Assembly: GCA_963775685.1 (NCBI GenBank)
Contig: CAVZJV010000014.1
Span: 480,001 to 544,000, forward strand
Length of the DNA stretch: 64,000 bases
Source of the DNA: Candidatus Bathyarchaeota archaeon
GTDB taxonomy: Archaea > Thermoproteota > Bathyarchaeia > Bathyarchaeales > Bathycorpusculaceae
Direction: 5' to 3'
A model generated the notes under the pieces. It did no database searches. It worked only from the letters and a program-made list of their open reading frames with translations, and was not told where the DNA came from. Positions within the stretch are counted from its first letter, which is position 1, and the number at the start of each line of letters is the position of its first letter. Shown here in pieces: positions 19,195 through 28,190 of this stretch. Both the position numbers and the translations under genes were made by a program.

Positions 19195-19938
19195 ATGATT
19201 AATCGATATATTTTCTCTCAAGTGAATTTGGATAGTGGCGCGCTCACAGTATTAGCTTCAGTGGTGCATAAATTCTCTGAACCAGGTGAATATTCCGGTG
19301 AAATTAGAAGAGGAGAGATGGAAGTGGGGCAATTTAAAATATTGGTTGGTCAAACTGCCACACCACAACTCAGTGTCAAAATAGACCTAAAGTCTTTAGA
19401 CCTGCCAGTTTCACAACCTCTTAAAAACAAAATATGCGACTGTTTTGCCATTAACCCTGAAGGGTTTGTCTCTTTTTTTGTTTCCACAGGTGCAGGCGGC
19501 TACTTTGTAGAGATACAGAAATCAGGCAAAGAATGTGGAGGAGCTAAGGTTTTTGATAATCGCGAACTAAAGCAAGAAGATATGTTCGTCGCTACAGTGC
19601 TGCGTCCAGGACTCTACCGTGTAATAAATGCTACAACTAAGGCTGAAGCTGAATTAACCGTTGCTTACCCTGAAATAGGAAAAACACCAAGATCTTCACA
19701 AGCAATTCATCTAGAATGCAATGAAAAAGCAATTTTTCCAACAAGTATCTTCGTTAACCCTGGTCAAGGTTTAGTGTTTCGTTTCAAGGTGCCTTCGAGA
19801 ATTAAGATAGAACTTGTTAAGCCTGAGGATCGCCCTAAACAAATTCCACCTGAAAATCAAGTTGGACAAGCAACAAAGACAGCCATTGGGACGCCAACAA
19901 AGAAATTAACCCGCAGAATTGGGTTGAACCATAGTTAA
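19195..19938 (+). CDS. Uncharacterised beta-sandwich (cupredoxin-like?) protein, operonic with the upstream gene
   Basis: RBS gaggtga; internally repeated FSQ/FDN...(H/V)xxxxPGxY segments. Confidence 0.8.
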   Translation: MINRYIFSQVNLDSGALTVLASVVHKFSEPGEYSGEIRRGEMEVGQFKILVGQTATPQLSVKIDLKSLDLPVSQPLKNKICDCFAINPEGFVSFFVSTGAGGYFVEIQKSGKECGGAKVFDNRELKQEDMFVATVLRPGLYRVINATTKAEAELTVAYPEIGKTPRSSQAIHLECNEKAIFPTSIFVNPGQGLVFRFKVPSRIKIELVKPEDRPKQIPPENQVGQATKTAIGTPTKKLTRRIGLNHS

Positions 19939-20285
19939 GGTCGATCAAATTTAGGGTATTATTTAATCCAATTAGTGTCTTTTTTTAATTTTGAGGAATT
20001 GGATTTAAGTAGACTAAATAATCTTATTTTTTTTTAATTTTTTTATAGTGTTTTAAAATTTTTTAGCTTAGCTGACAGGATTATAACTTTAAAATTGGAA
20101 TGCTAAGATCAACTCTTTCTAGCCGGTGTATATTACACGGTTTTAGCTAAGAAAATCTAAACATCTTAAGTATCAAAGTAAAAACACAGCTGCAAATCTT
20201 GCATTAAACCGTTAACTCGCATGTCTGAACTGTTACTAAACATATATATTCACAATTTCCCATATCCTACGATAGGTCGATTTTT

Positions 20286-20642
20286 GTGAGTGAAGATAAA
20301 AACCTAAGAGACTTGTTGCTTTGCGCAACCAAAGACACCACTTTTAGAATGAAGTTCTTAAGAAACCCCGAAGCAGTAGCCAAAGAAAGCAATGTGAAAC
20401 TGAAACCGGAACACCTAGAGAAAATAAAGAAAGCCGCTTCCTTCATAGATTCCTTAAACGACGTAAGACTTCCACCAGGTCCAATCTACTATCCCCTTGA
20501 CCCCGTTTTGAGTACATGGACGTTAGGCGAAATCAGAAACGTGCTAAAATACAGCTATCTAACAAAGATACGCTGGATACTGTATTCTAACCCTGACTTC
20601 AACCAAACTATTGGCACAGTCCTCAAAGAAAAACAAAGGTAA
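20286..20642 (+). CDS. Putative RiPP precursor with a nitrile-hydratase-leader (NHLP/Os1348)-like N-terminus
   Basis: LLLCATKDTTFRMKFLRNPEAVAKESNVKL leader pattern; aromatic/Pro-rich C-terminal part; directly upstream of the rSAM/SPASM gene. Confidence 0.7.
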   Translation: MSEDKNLRDLLLCATKDTTFRMKFLRNPEAVAKESNVKLKPEHLEKIKKAASFIDSLNDVRLPPGPIYYPLDPVLSTWTLGEIRNVLKYSYLTKIRWILYSNPDFNQTIGTVLKEKQR

Positions 20643-20700
20643 GAAAGAAACAACATCCTTTCTTTTTTTGTATCAAGAGAATCCTTAAAGGAGCCCCCAT

Positions 20701-22020
20701 TTGGTCAATCTATTAATAACCATGCGATGCAACCGCTCCTGTAACTACTGTTTTGCAAAAGAAAAACTGCATTCATATGCTGCTAGACAAGCTGAGACTG
20801 AAATCAGTCTTGAAAACGTCGAGAAAGTCTTGCAGTTTCTTTCAAAAACTAACTGCGACACAATCCAGTTGGCAGGAGGCGAACCTACCATTCACCCAAG
20901 GTTTAAAGAGATTATGTTAACCCTGCTAAAAAATAACATTAGAGTTAACCTCTTAACTAACGCTCTTTGGAACCCTAAATTAAACATATTTTTTAATCAA
21001 ATATCACCCTCTTCACTGGGCTTTCTACTAAACATCGATAACCCAAAAACCTACAGAAACACCGAACAACAAATACTAAATGAGAACCTGGCATTTCTAA
21101 GCAAACGTGGAAACATAACTCTAAGTTTTAACTTGTTTGAAAAAAGACCCGATTATAACTACATTTTTGACCTCGTAAAGAAATATGGTTTTAAGAATCT
21201 TAGACTCAGTTTTTCGATGCCTGTAACTTTTGAAGGGAAAAGAAATACCTATCTGCAAATTGAAGATTATAAAGCATCTGCAAAATACATAATGGACTTC
21301 GTACATAGGGCCGAACAGATGGATGCAACAGTCGGAATGGATAACGCAGTGCCAGTTTGCATGTTCAATCCTGAAGACTTGTCTGAACTTATGGTAAAAG
21401 AAGTGGTTTCACCAAAGAGGAATTTTATCTGTTATCCGGCTATCGATATTGGTCCTGACCTTTCTGTTTGGAGATGCTTTGGAACATCCAAGCTCTTCAA
21501 TAAAAAACTTGACGATTTCAATTCATTAGCTGAAATCTATGATTATTATCAGCAAGTTAGCAGACTATACCAATTCAAGTTCTTCCCCTTAAAAGAATGC
21601 GAGAACTGTGAACATGCAAAAAAAGAAAGGTGTCAAGGCGGATGTATCGGGTTTGCAGAAGCAAAATGTGCTGAATTGGGCATTTTAGTTACGGACCCTC
21701 AAGATAAAGAAATTTTGCAGCTCAAACCAATTCTCTCAAGCAAAGTATCCCTTCAAAGATACAGTTTGCCTGCTGTTAAAGCAACCATAAATTTCCATGA
21801 TGGCTATGAAATGGAAATTCCCTCCGCTATTGCTGACCTGTTGACTCACATAGACGGGAAAACTACCATAATGCAGGCGTTGAACGTGGGAATCTCGGGA
21901 ACGCAACTCAAAGAATCAGATGAATTTGACGAGTTTCTGATGGAAATGTCAAGTAAAGAAGCAATGCCTATTATCAGGCGATTGATAGAAAAAAAAGTTC
22001 TGCTGACAAATAATCAATAG
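20701..22020 (+). CDS. Radical SAM/SPASM maturase with C-terminal RRE/PqqD-like wHTH
   Basis: CNRSCNYC, GGEP, SPASM C...IGPDLSVWRC...CENC...CQGGC, C-terminal LLTHIDGKTTI...IIRRLIEKKVL. Confidence 0.9.
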   Translation: MVNLLITMRCNRSCNYCFAKEKLHSYAARQAETEISLENVEKVLQFLSKTNCDTIQLAGGEPTIHPRFKEIMLTLLKNNIRVNLLTNALWNPKLNIFFNQISPSSLGFLLNIDNPKTYRNTEQQILNENLAFLSKRGNITLSFNLFEKRPDYNYIFDLVKKYGFKNLRLSFSMPVTFEGKRNTYLQIEDYKASAKYIMDFVHRAEQMDATVGMDNAVPVCMFNPEDLSELMVKEVVSPKRNFICYPAIDIGPDLSVWRCFGTSKLFNKKLDDFNSLAEIYDYYQQVSRLYQFKFFPLKECENCEHAKKERCQGGCIGFAEAKCAELGILVTDPQDKEILQLKPILSSKVSLQRYSLPAVKATINFHDGYEMEIPSAIADLLTHIDGKTTIMQALNVGISGTQLKESDEFDEFLMEMSSKEAMPIIRRLIEKKVLLTNNQ

Positions 22021-22046
22021 AACTTTTTAAATCGGGAGACGAATCA

Positions 22047-22295
22047 TTATTTTGCATGAAGAATTTTCAAAGGATCCATTTTCCATACTTGGTATGTACG
22101 AAAGAAGATTCTTGTGTAGAGGTTTGCTTGGCTAAACTTTCTCTGGAGTTCTAGGAGAACAAATCTCTGGAGAGAATGAAGGACCAAAAAAATAGATCTT
22201 ACAGGTCCCCCTTGGCAGGGAGCCGCCATCAAATTTTTACGATACCTGAAGTTAGAAGCAAGGTACCGTTTAATTCCCATTATCTGATAAACCAT
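22047..22295 (-). CDS. Hypothetical small basic protein
   Basis: ATG with ggtagg upstream, tandem with the neighbouring gene; no motif. Confidence 0.4.
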   Translation of the reverse strand: MVYQIMGIKRYLASNFRYRKNLMAAPCQGGPVRSIFLVLHSLQRFVLLELQRKFSQANLYTRIFFRTYQVWKMDPLKILHAK

Positions 22296-22304
22296 GTAGC
22301 CTAC

Positions 22305-22700
22305 CTATAGAGGTCTTCTGGCAACTCTTCTAAACAATAAGTTGGCAACAGCCGCCACCACTAAATCCGCCAAAACCCAAACAATGAAAGAAATTTGCCC
22401 TAAAAAAGCCAACACTGTAAACACTATCAGGAACGCAATTGCAATTACGCCGATTGCTCTTTTTCGGTTTCGTACCTTTTCATAGCTCAGTATTTCTTTG
22501 GCGGGAGTTTTATTCACTCTTACCTCAATATCTTCGGTCTCTATAATATGTTTTAGTACATTTGCGCATTTAGGAAACGGATTACTTGAACTCATGGATG
22601 AACTTTCTTTTTCGAAGGGGTTTAATTCAGCGGCAAAAGACCAACTTATCGGCTGACACGTTATGGGACTAAAATATTGTGATTTAGCTATATTTATCAA
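22305..22700 (-). CDS. Small two-TM membrane protein (true start probably near 22490)
   Basis: RNRKR followed by two hydrophobic helices and a basic tail. Confidence 0.6.
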   Translation of the reverse strand: MINIAKSQYFSPITCQPISWSFAAELNPFEKESSSMSSSNPFPKCANVLKHIIETEDIEVRVNKTPAKEILSYEKVRNRKRAIGVIAIAFLIVFTVLAFLGQISFIVWVLADLVVAAVANLLFRRVARRPL

Positions 22701-22730
22701 GAAGTAAGTAGTATTTAATCTTGATTAATT

Positions 22731-23231
22731 ATGAAAGCATACATGGGCTTGTCCTGCAAAGTAGGTGCTTTCAACCGCGTCTTAGATGAACTGATAAAAC
22801 TGAACCTATCCAAAAAGAATGTTTTTCTACTCTTTGGTCCCGTAGACATCCTAATTCAGTTCCGCGACCTTAAGAACCTCGATGAATTCTTTAACAAATG
22901 GTTTAACCCTATTAGAAAAATAACTCCCCAAGAAGCACTCGTTGAACATACCCAAACACTAATAGTAGTCTGCGAAGGAAAACCCTACACTGAAGAACCA
23001 TACGCCTTCCTATTCCTGAAAACTCAACCAAGAAACCTAGAACAGGTTCAAGAAAAACTTCATGCGATTCCACAGGTTTTATCGGCTGACACAGTTTTGG
23101 GTGCCTACGATTTGATAGCTGCGGTGAGAGCAAGCGGCAAAGAAGACCTCAAACAACTGATTTCTCAGATACAAGAAAAAGTTCCGCACATTCAAGGGAC
23201 AGTAACTGCAATAGTAGCCTCACTGTACTGA
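22731..23231 (+). CDS. Tandem Lrp/AsnC ligand-binding (RAM) domain protein without HTH
   Basis: LLFGPVDIL and TVLGAYDLI repeats. Confidence 0.85.
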   Translation: MKAYMGLSCKVGAFNRVLDELIKLNLSKKNVFLLFGPVDILIQFRDLKNLDEFFNKWFNPIRKITPQEALVEHTQTLIVVCEGKPYTEEPYAFLFLKTQPRNLEQVQEKLHAIPQVLSADTVLGAYDLIAAVRASGKEDLKQLISQIQEKVPHIQGTVTAIVASLY

Positions 23232-23354
23232 CAAGTTATTTAAAAGGTTAATTGGGAATCAATCAACACAGCATTAGCCATATAGTCATCCTACAAAGAG
23301 CAATGTTTAAGTCAATATTTTGCTAGCCCATTTGAATTTTCTTGTATCAATTTT

Positions 23355-23615
23355 CTAAATCTCGGTCATTTCTTGCTTTAGAAATTCTGCCCACTTCTCT
23401 TGATGACGTTCAATCTCCAAAGCACACATGACTGCAACTGCACCTTCAAGTATACCTTCATTGCCGCCGTGACTGCAAACCAAGTAGCAACCGTCATCGA
23501 TGCGTATTTTGAAGGCTTTTCCATCAAAACATTCACAATTGATTTCATCTACAGTATTGGAGAATAAACATAATATTCCCTCACTTTCCAACCTGCCTCC
23601 ATGTGAGTTTGGCAA
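23355..23615 (-). CDS. Hypothetical protein
   Basis: Protein-like composition, Cys/His residues; no family recognised. Confidence 0.45.
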   Translation of the reverse strand: MPNSHGGRLESEGILCLFSNTVDEINCECFDGKAFKIRIDDGCYLVCSHGGNEGILEGAVAVMCALEIERHQEKWAEFLKQEMTEI

Positions 23616-24038
23616 AAGTAAGCTTATAACAATTTATTGCTTCAATTCTGCGGATGCATTGACGCAAAAACTTAGTGCGGTTTGTTGTGCTTACAGAGAA
23701 ATCAAAAGGAAAAATCATAAAGACATTGAAACAACTCATGAGATGGCGAACATCTACGAAAGACCTTGTTCAATTACACTGAAGGATCTGCAAGTCAAAT
23801 GAACCCGTTTGTGTTACCTTTGCAAGAGGAAGCATTGAACAAAAACAGAACACTATTTGCATAAGTCTGAGGACCCCAAAGATCCCAATTAAGGATTTTA
23901 TATATGCCCAAACTTCCCCTGCTGCTTAAAACCATAAAGATCTGAATTTTCACCATACAAGTTGTGAGACCGATAAGATAACCAAACCCGTTTTTTCACG
24001 CAACATAAATAAACCATCTATGATCAATCAACATTACT

Positions 24039-24569
24039 TTGAACTTTGAAAACGTAGTCTTCCCCGATTCTGTGGGCTTCCGATGTAAAAACTGTGGAGT
24101 TTGCTGCCGAATGCAACCGCCCGACGTAAGCAAGAAAGAGCAAGTAGCAATAGAATCAAAGGGTTTTAAGGATTTTTTAGAACGTCCCGATGAAACAGGA
24201 ATTCTGTGGATTCGCAGAAAAAAAGATGACAGCTGCTTTTTTCTGACTAAGAGCAATAAATGTGCAATCTACGACGTTAGACCCGCAGTATGCAAGATGG
24301 AACCTTTTACAATAATGGACTACGATTACGAGAAAAACCAAATAGAGTTAGAGTTGAACTTCCCGTTTTCATCTTGTTGCCCAGGTATTGTAGACAAAGA
24401 AAAGGTAAACGTAGAAGAAATTGGAAAAGCCGCCCAAACGCTTTTGCATAAAATTTTAGCCCTAACTGCCAAAGACCTAGACCTTCCATTTAAAGACAAA
24501 CGTGTTCATGCTGAAACTAGGTCAAGGCTATTACGTCGCAGCATTGAAGCCGCGGACCTGCAAATTTAG
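24039..24569 (+). CDS. YkgJ family CxxCxxCC cysteine-cluster protein
   Basis: FRCKNCGVCC, CFFL...CAIYDVRPAVC. Confidence 0.92.
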   Translation: MNFENVVFPDSVGFRCKNCGVCCRMQPPDVSKKEQVAIESKGFKDFLERPDETGILWIRRKKDDSCFFLTKSNKCAIYDVRPAVCKMEPFTIMDYDYEKNQIELELNFPFSSCCPGIVDKEKVNVEEIGKAAQTLLHKILALTAKDLDLPFKDKRVHAETRSRLLRRSIEAADLQI

Positions 24570-24825
24570 GAATTAAAACATATCCTTAAAAGCAAAAGAC
24601 TCTAGAATTGATGCTGGCACCTTTCAAATTTTATTAGTTTAAATATAAATTCTTATACAAATCCATTGCTTTCCAAAAAAGTCATGGAGCATTATTCCTC
24701 AACTGCTCCTCAGTTTTATAAGGAAAATTAAAAATCAGAAACTTTTGAGACCCAGTTTTAACTGAACAGGTAGAACACTCTTTTATTGCCTGCCTCCTAA
24801 AGTGCGCAAAGGAGAATAAGCTAAT

Positions 24826-25476
24826 TTGGTTAACCGATTTACCAGTAAGTGGACAATAAAAGAAAAAGAGCCCTCAGTAGTATCGAAGATTATGAACCTC
24901 ACAAAGCCGAAGGAAAACCTGAAAGACCAAATCAGCTTGGTTACCCAACGCCTTGACGCTCAAACTAGAACTTTGGATGCCGCAGTGCACCGCTTTGAGT
25001 TGCGTGACGCGGACATCTTTCAGCGGGTAGTTAAAGCAATGACAGAACGGGATACGCCTCGAGCAAACATTCTTGCTACCGAACTCGGCGAGATACGCAA
25101 AGTCAAAAAAATGTTAACGCACTCTTCATTAGCCTTACAGGGTGTTTCCATGCGGCTAAGTACTGTTTCAGAATTGGGCGACGTGGTTGCTTTGTTGAGT
25201 CCTGCGAGAGGCATGTTAAACAGCATTCGCTCGGAAATGTGCAGCATTATGCCTGAAGCAAGCCAAGAACTTGGCAACATCGGTAATCTTCTGTCGGACA
25301 TAGTTATGACAACAAACCAAGGACCAGACGAACCTGTGAATACGATAATGGCAAGTGCAGATGCGTTACAAATCCTAGAAGAAGCAGAGGTGGCCGCGGA
25401 GAATAGACTTAGGGAAAAAATTCCTGAAGCAGCAACTGAAATCGCCCACAATAAACGCACAAGCCTAGAAGCATAG
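24826..25476 (+). CDS. Snf7/CdvB-like ESCRT-III family protein
   Basis: Helical; RANILATELGEIRK...LQGVSMRLSTVSELGDV...MPEA...ILEEA. Confidence 0.85.
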   Translation: MVNRFTSKWTIKEKEPSVVSKIMNLTKPKENLKDQISLVTQRLDAQTRTLDAAVHRFELRDADIFQRVVKAMTERDTPRANILATELGEIRKVKKMLTHSSLALQGVSMRLSTVSELGDVVALLSPARGMLNSIRSEMCSIMPEASQELGNIGNLLSDIVMTTNQGPDEPVNTIMASADALQILEEAEVAAENRLREKIPEAATEIAHNKRTSLEA

Positions 25477-25578
25477 CATTTGCGCACCGAAAAAATTGTT
25501 CTTCTTTTTCTTTTTGCAGGTTTTTTATCTGTTTGGAGGCTTCTTCTTTCTTCCTTTACACACTAAAAAAAAGGGGAA

Positions 25579-26415
25579 CTATTTTGCATAAGCTTCGACA
25601 AGGTCGCGTGCTGTTATGATGCCTACCAACTTTTCTTCCTTGATGACAGGCAATCGTCTAATATGTTTTAACGCCATCGCCGCAGCAGCTCTATGAACAC
25701 TTGTCCCCAAAGGAATAGCAACTATTGGCTGTGAGCATTCTGGTCCAACTTCGGTGAACAACGCTTTGCCTTTAGCTAAGAAGTTTGTAAGCAGGTCGCG
25801 TTCAGTAAAAATTCCAAATGGCTCTCCGTCGCGGGTAATTATTACGCTTCCAATGCGTTGCCCACCCATGATTTTTGCAATTGCAATAACTGATGTCTCT
25901 TCATCGGCAGTTATGATGTCTGTGGTCATAAAGTCATCAAGTTTGACTTCGGTTTCAGGGACATCAGGTAAACTTTTGATTAGGTCCGAAGCAGTTACGA
26001 TTCCCACAAGCATTCCAGCATCAAACACTGCAAGCCGACCTTTCCTGCTAATCATTTGTTTGGCAACTTCTTTTATCTTAGCTGTAACAGAAACACCGGC
26101 GAGCGGATACGACATTACAGCCTCAACTTTTTCGTCTAGAAACAATCCAAGCGCTAAAACCTTGCTTAACAAATCTCGCTCCGTAACTATCCCCACAGGT
26201 GTTCTGTATTTCACAACAATCAAACTTCCTATATGCTTCTTACCCATGATTCGAGCAGCTTCATCCAGCGAAGCCTCAGGAGCTATGGTAACAACGTCTT
26301 GGCTCATTAATTCCTTGGCCAGTCGATAGAGTGGCAAATCACGTTTGTATTGCTCATAAGCTATGTCAACAACACCCGGCAACTTTCTTTTTAATTCATC
26401 TTGAGGTGTCACCAA
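25579..26415 (-). CDS. CBS-domain protein (four CBS repeats)
   Basis: GIVTERDL, GIVTASDL, GIFTERDL, GIITARDL. Confidence 0.93.
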   Translation of the reverse strand: MVTPQDELKRKLPGVVDIAYEQYKRDLPLYRLAKELMSQDVVTIAPEASLDEAARIMGKKHIGSLIVVKYRTPVGIVTERDLLSKVLALGLFLDEKVEAVMSYPLAGVSVTAKIKEVAKQMISRKGRLAVFDAGMLVGIVTASDLIKSLPDVPETEVKLDDFMTTDIITADEETSVIAIAKIMGGQRIGSVIITRDGEPFGIFTERDLLTNFLAKGKALFTEVGPECSQPIVAIPLGTSVHRAAAAMALKHIRRLPVIKEEKLVGIITARDLVEAYAK

Positions 26416-26977
26416 AAAAATCCCTCACGTAATATAATGGTTGAAATGTCTAATTAAGCTTCCATACTTATGCAGCTGCTTTAGTGTCAAAGGTACAATG
26501 GAGCCAAATACACGTGAATATTTTTATGAGAGCCGTTAAGAATGTGAAGGGTAATTGTTGGAAATGAGAAGAAGCAACATCAGTCATAAAGGAACTTCTC
26601 AATAACGGAGTGAATCTGGACGGATATTTCTTGGAATTACCTCACCCAACGCTTTAACCTCAGAGTACCAAATAATCATCAAATGAATCTTTGGTCAAGA
26701 ACCAAACAACACATGCAATTTTTTATTAAAAAAAACACCAACTCACCAGCCAAACCGGAAAACTCATGGAAAACAAAAACCGCATCAAAAGCTTTCTTAT
26801 GAAAAAAAAGAAACGAAAACAACTTGCGCAAGCGGGTCGTGTAGCTTGCACTGTAAATATGAAAGAATCTAGTGATAGAACTGCTCAGAATTCAACATAG
26901 GAAATAATTGTTCTGAATTGGAATAGTTATATTAAGGAAAAAGGTAAACAGTTTATTAAACATTAGGAGAAAAGGTT

Positions 26978-27487
26978 TTGGAGCCAAAGCGAACTAGAAA
27001 TTGGGAGCTCTGGGTCTCAGCAATTACTGTATTCCTCAGCGTTTTTTTAATGATTGCTTACTATAACCGCTGGTTTAGCTTTGCCACGCGGGTTGGTCCG
27101 TTCCGCATCATTCATTATATTGCATTTGCGGGCACGCTCTACATTGCCTTTGGAGTAATTTTGTTTGCCGTATTGAAACGCCGAAAGCCCAGCAAGTATA
27201 AGATTCTTATGAGGGCACACGTGTTAGGTAATCTTTTTTCATTTCTTTTGATTTCCCTACATTTTGCGGGTCAAGTTGGTCGACCTACAGATTTCTATCC
27301 TAGTTTTGGAACAGGATTAACTTTGTACATCGGGATAATTGCCTTAGTTGGAACCGGGTTAACCCTTAGATTTGGCTTGTTTAGACGTTTTACCACCGCA
27401 ACGAAACGTTTCATTCATGCAGGGTTGGCATTTGCTTTTTACTTAATTATAGTTGTCCATATTCTTCATGGCCTAAGCATAATCTAG
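26978..27487 (+). CDS. Membrane protein with intramembrane His pairs (cytochrome b/ferric reductase TM-like)
   Basis: About five TM helices; H..., HVLG...LHF, IHAG...HILH. Confidence 0.65.
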   Translation: MEPKRTRNWELWVSAITVFLSVFLMIAYYNRWFSFATRVGPFRIIHYIAFAGTLYIAFGVILFAVLKRRKPSKYKILMRAHVLGNLFSFLLISLHFAGQVGRPTDFYPSFGTGLTLYIGIIALVGTGLTLRFGLFRRFTTATKRFIHAGLAFAFYLIIVVHILHGLSII

Positions 27488-27878
27488 AATAGAATTGTTC
27501 TACCCCAGAAATTGTGGGTTCTTATGGCTTGTTATGGGTTTGTTAATGCTTAAGCGGAAAGCAAAGCCTGCATAATCTTACCCAAGCGTACAACAAAAAC
27601 GGATAGGAACACGAATAGTATCTCTTTAAAAGGGTTCATTTTTAGTTTGCGGCTTCTAATCGGGATCTTTGCTTTTCTTAAAGGCAAATTTTCGTAACCG
27701 GCAATAATTTATAATTTTTCGGTGATTTTCAGAGTTTGATCTGCCTAAAGCTTAAAGCGCTTTGAAAATACGTTGGCACTTGCAACCAATTTCGCTCCTG
27801 CAACAAAACTTAAAAACGCACCTTTTAATCAAGGCAAATTGTTATTCTATCCACATACCCAATTGCCTTTTTACGACG

Positions 27879-27994
27879 TTTTGTGACGTTCTGTGACGAA
27901 TCCAGACGCAACCTGCAAACGCCGCAAACCCTAAATCAAGAAAACAACCCAAAACAAGCCCTGCCATTACTGCAATTTCAAGTGTTGTTGTTCT
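27879..27994 (-). repeat. About 116-bp dispersed repeat, copy 1 (inverted relative to 62163-62278)
   Basis: Reverse complement is near-identical to 62163-62278. Confidence 0.92.
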
Positions 27995-28190
27995 CTTAAC
28001 GCACAAAAAAATGCCCAAATTCCCTTCATTCTCTATGCTAGAAATTAATCTACCAACTTCTGCCAAGTATTCTATTATCAGCTTTTTCATAATATTGAAT
28101 AAATGTACAAGAAACAATCAAAGGCTAAACTCCTTTTAAGAAAAAATCATAATTTTGTGACCCCTTGGAATCCAAACAAAATGTTTTAAG

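Noticed and set aside
25020-26329. Long antisense ORFs (25020-25487, 25754-26329, and similar ones elsewhere)
   Set aside because: Shadow frames of well-supported genes on the opposite strand
27842-28117. 91-aa ORF
   Set aside because: Largely made of the dispersed 116-bp repeat plus AT-rich flank; not supported as a gene
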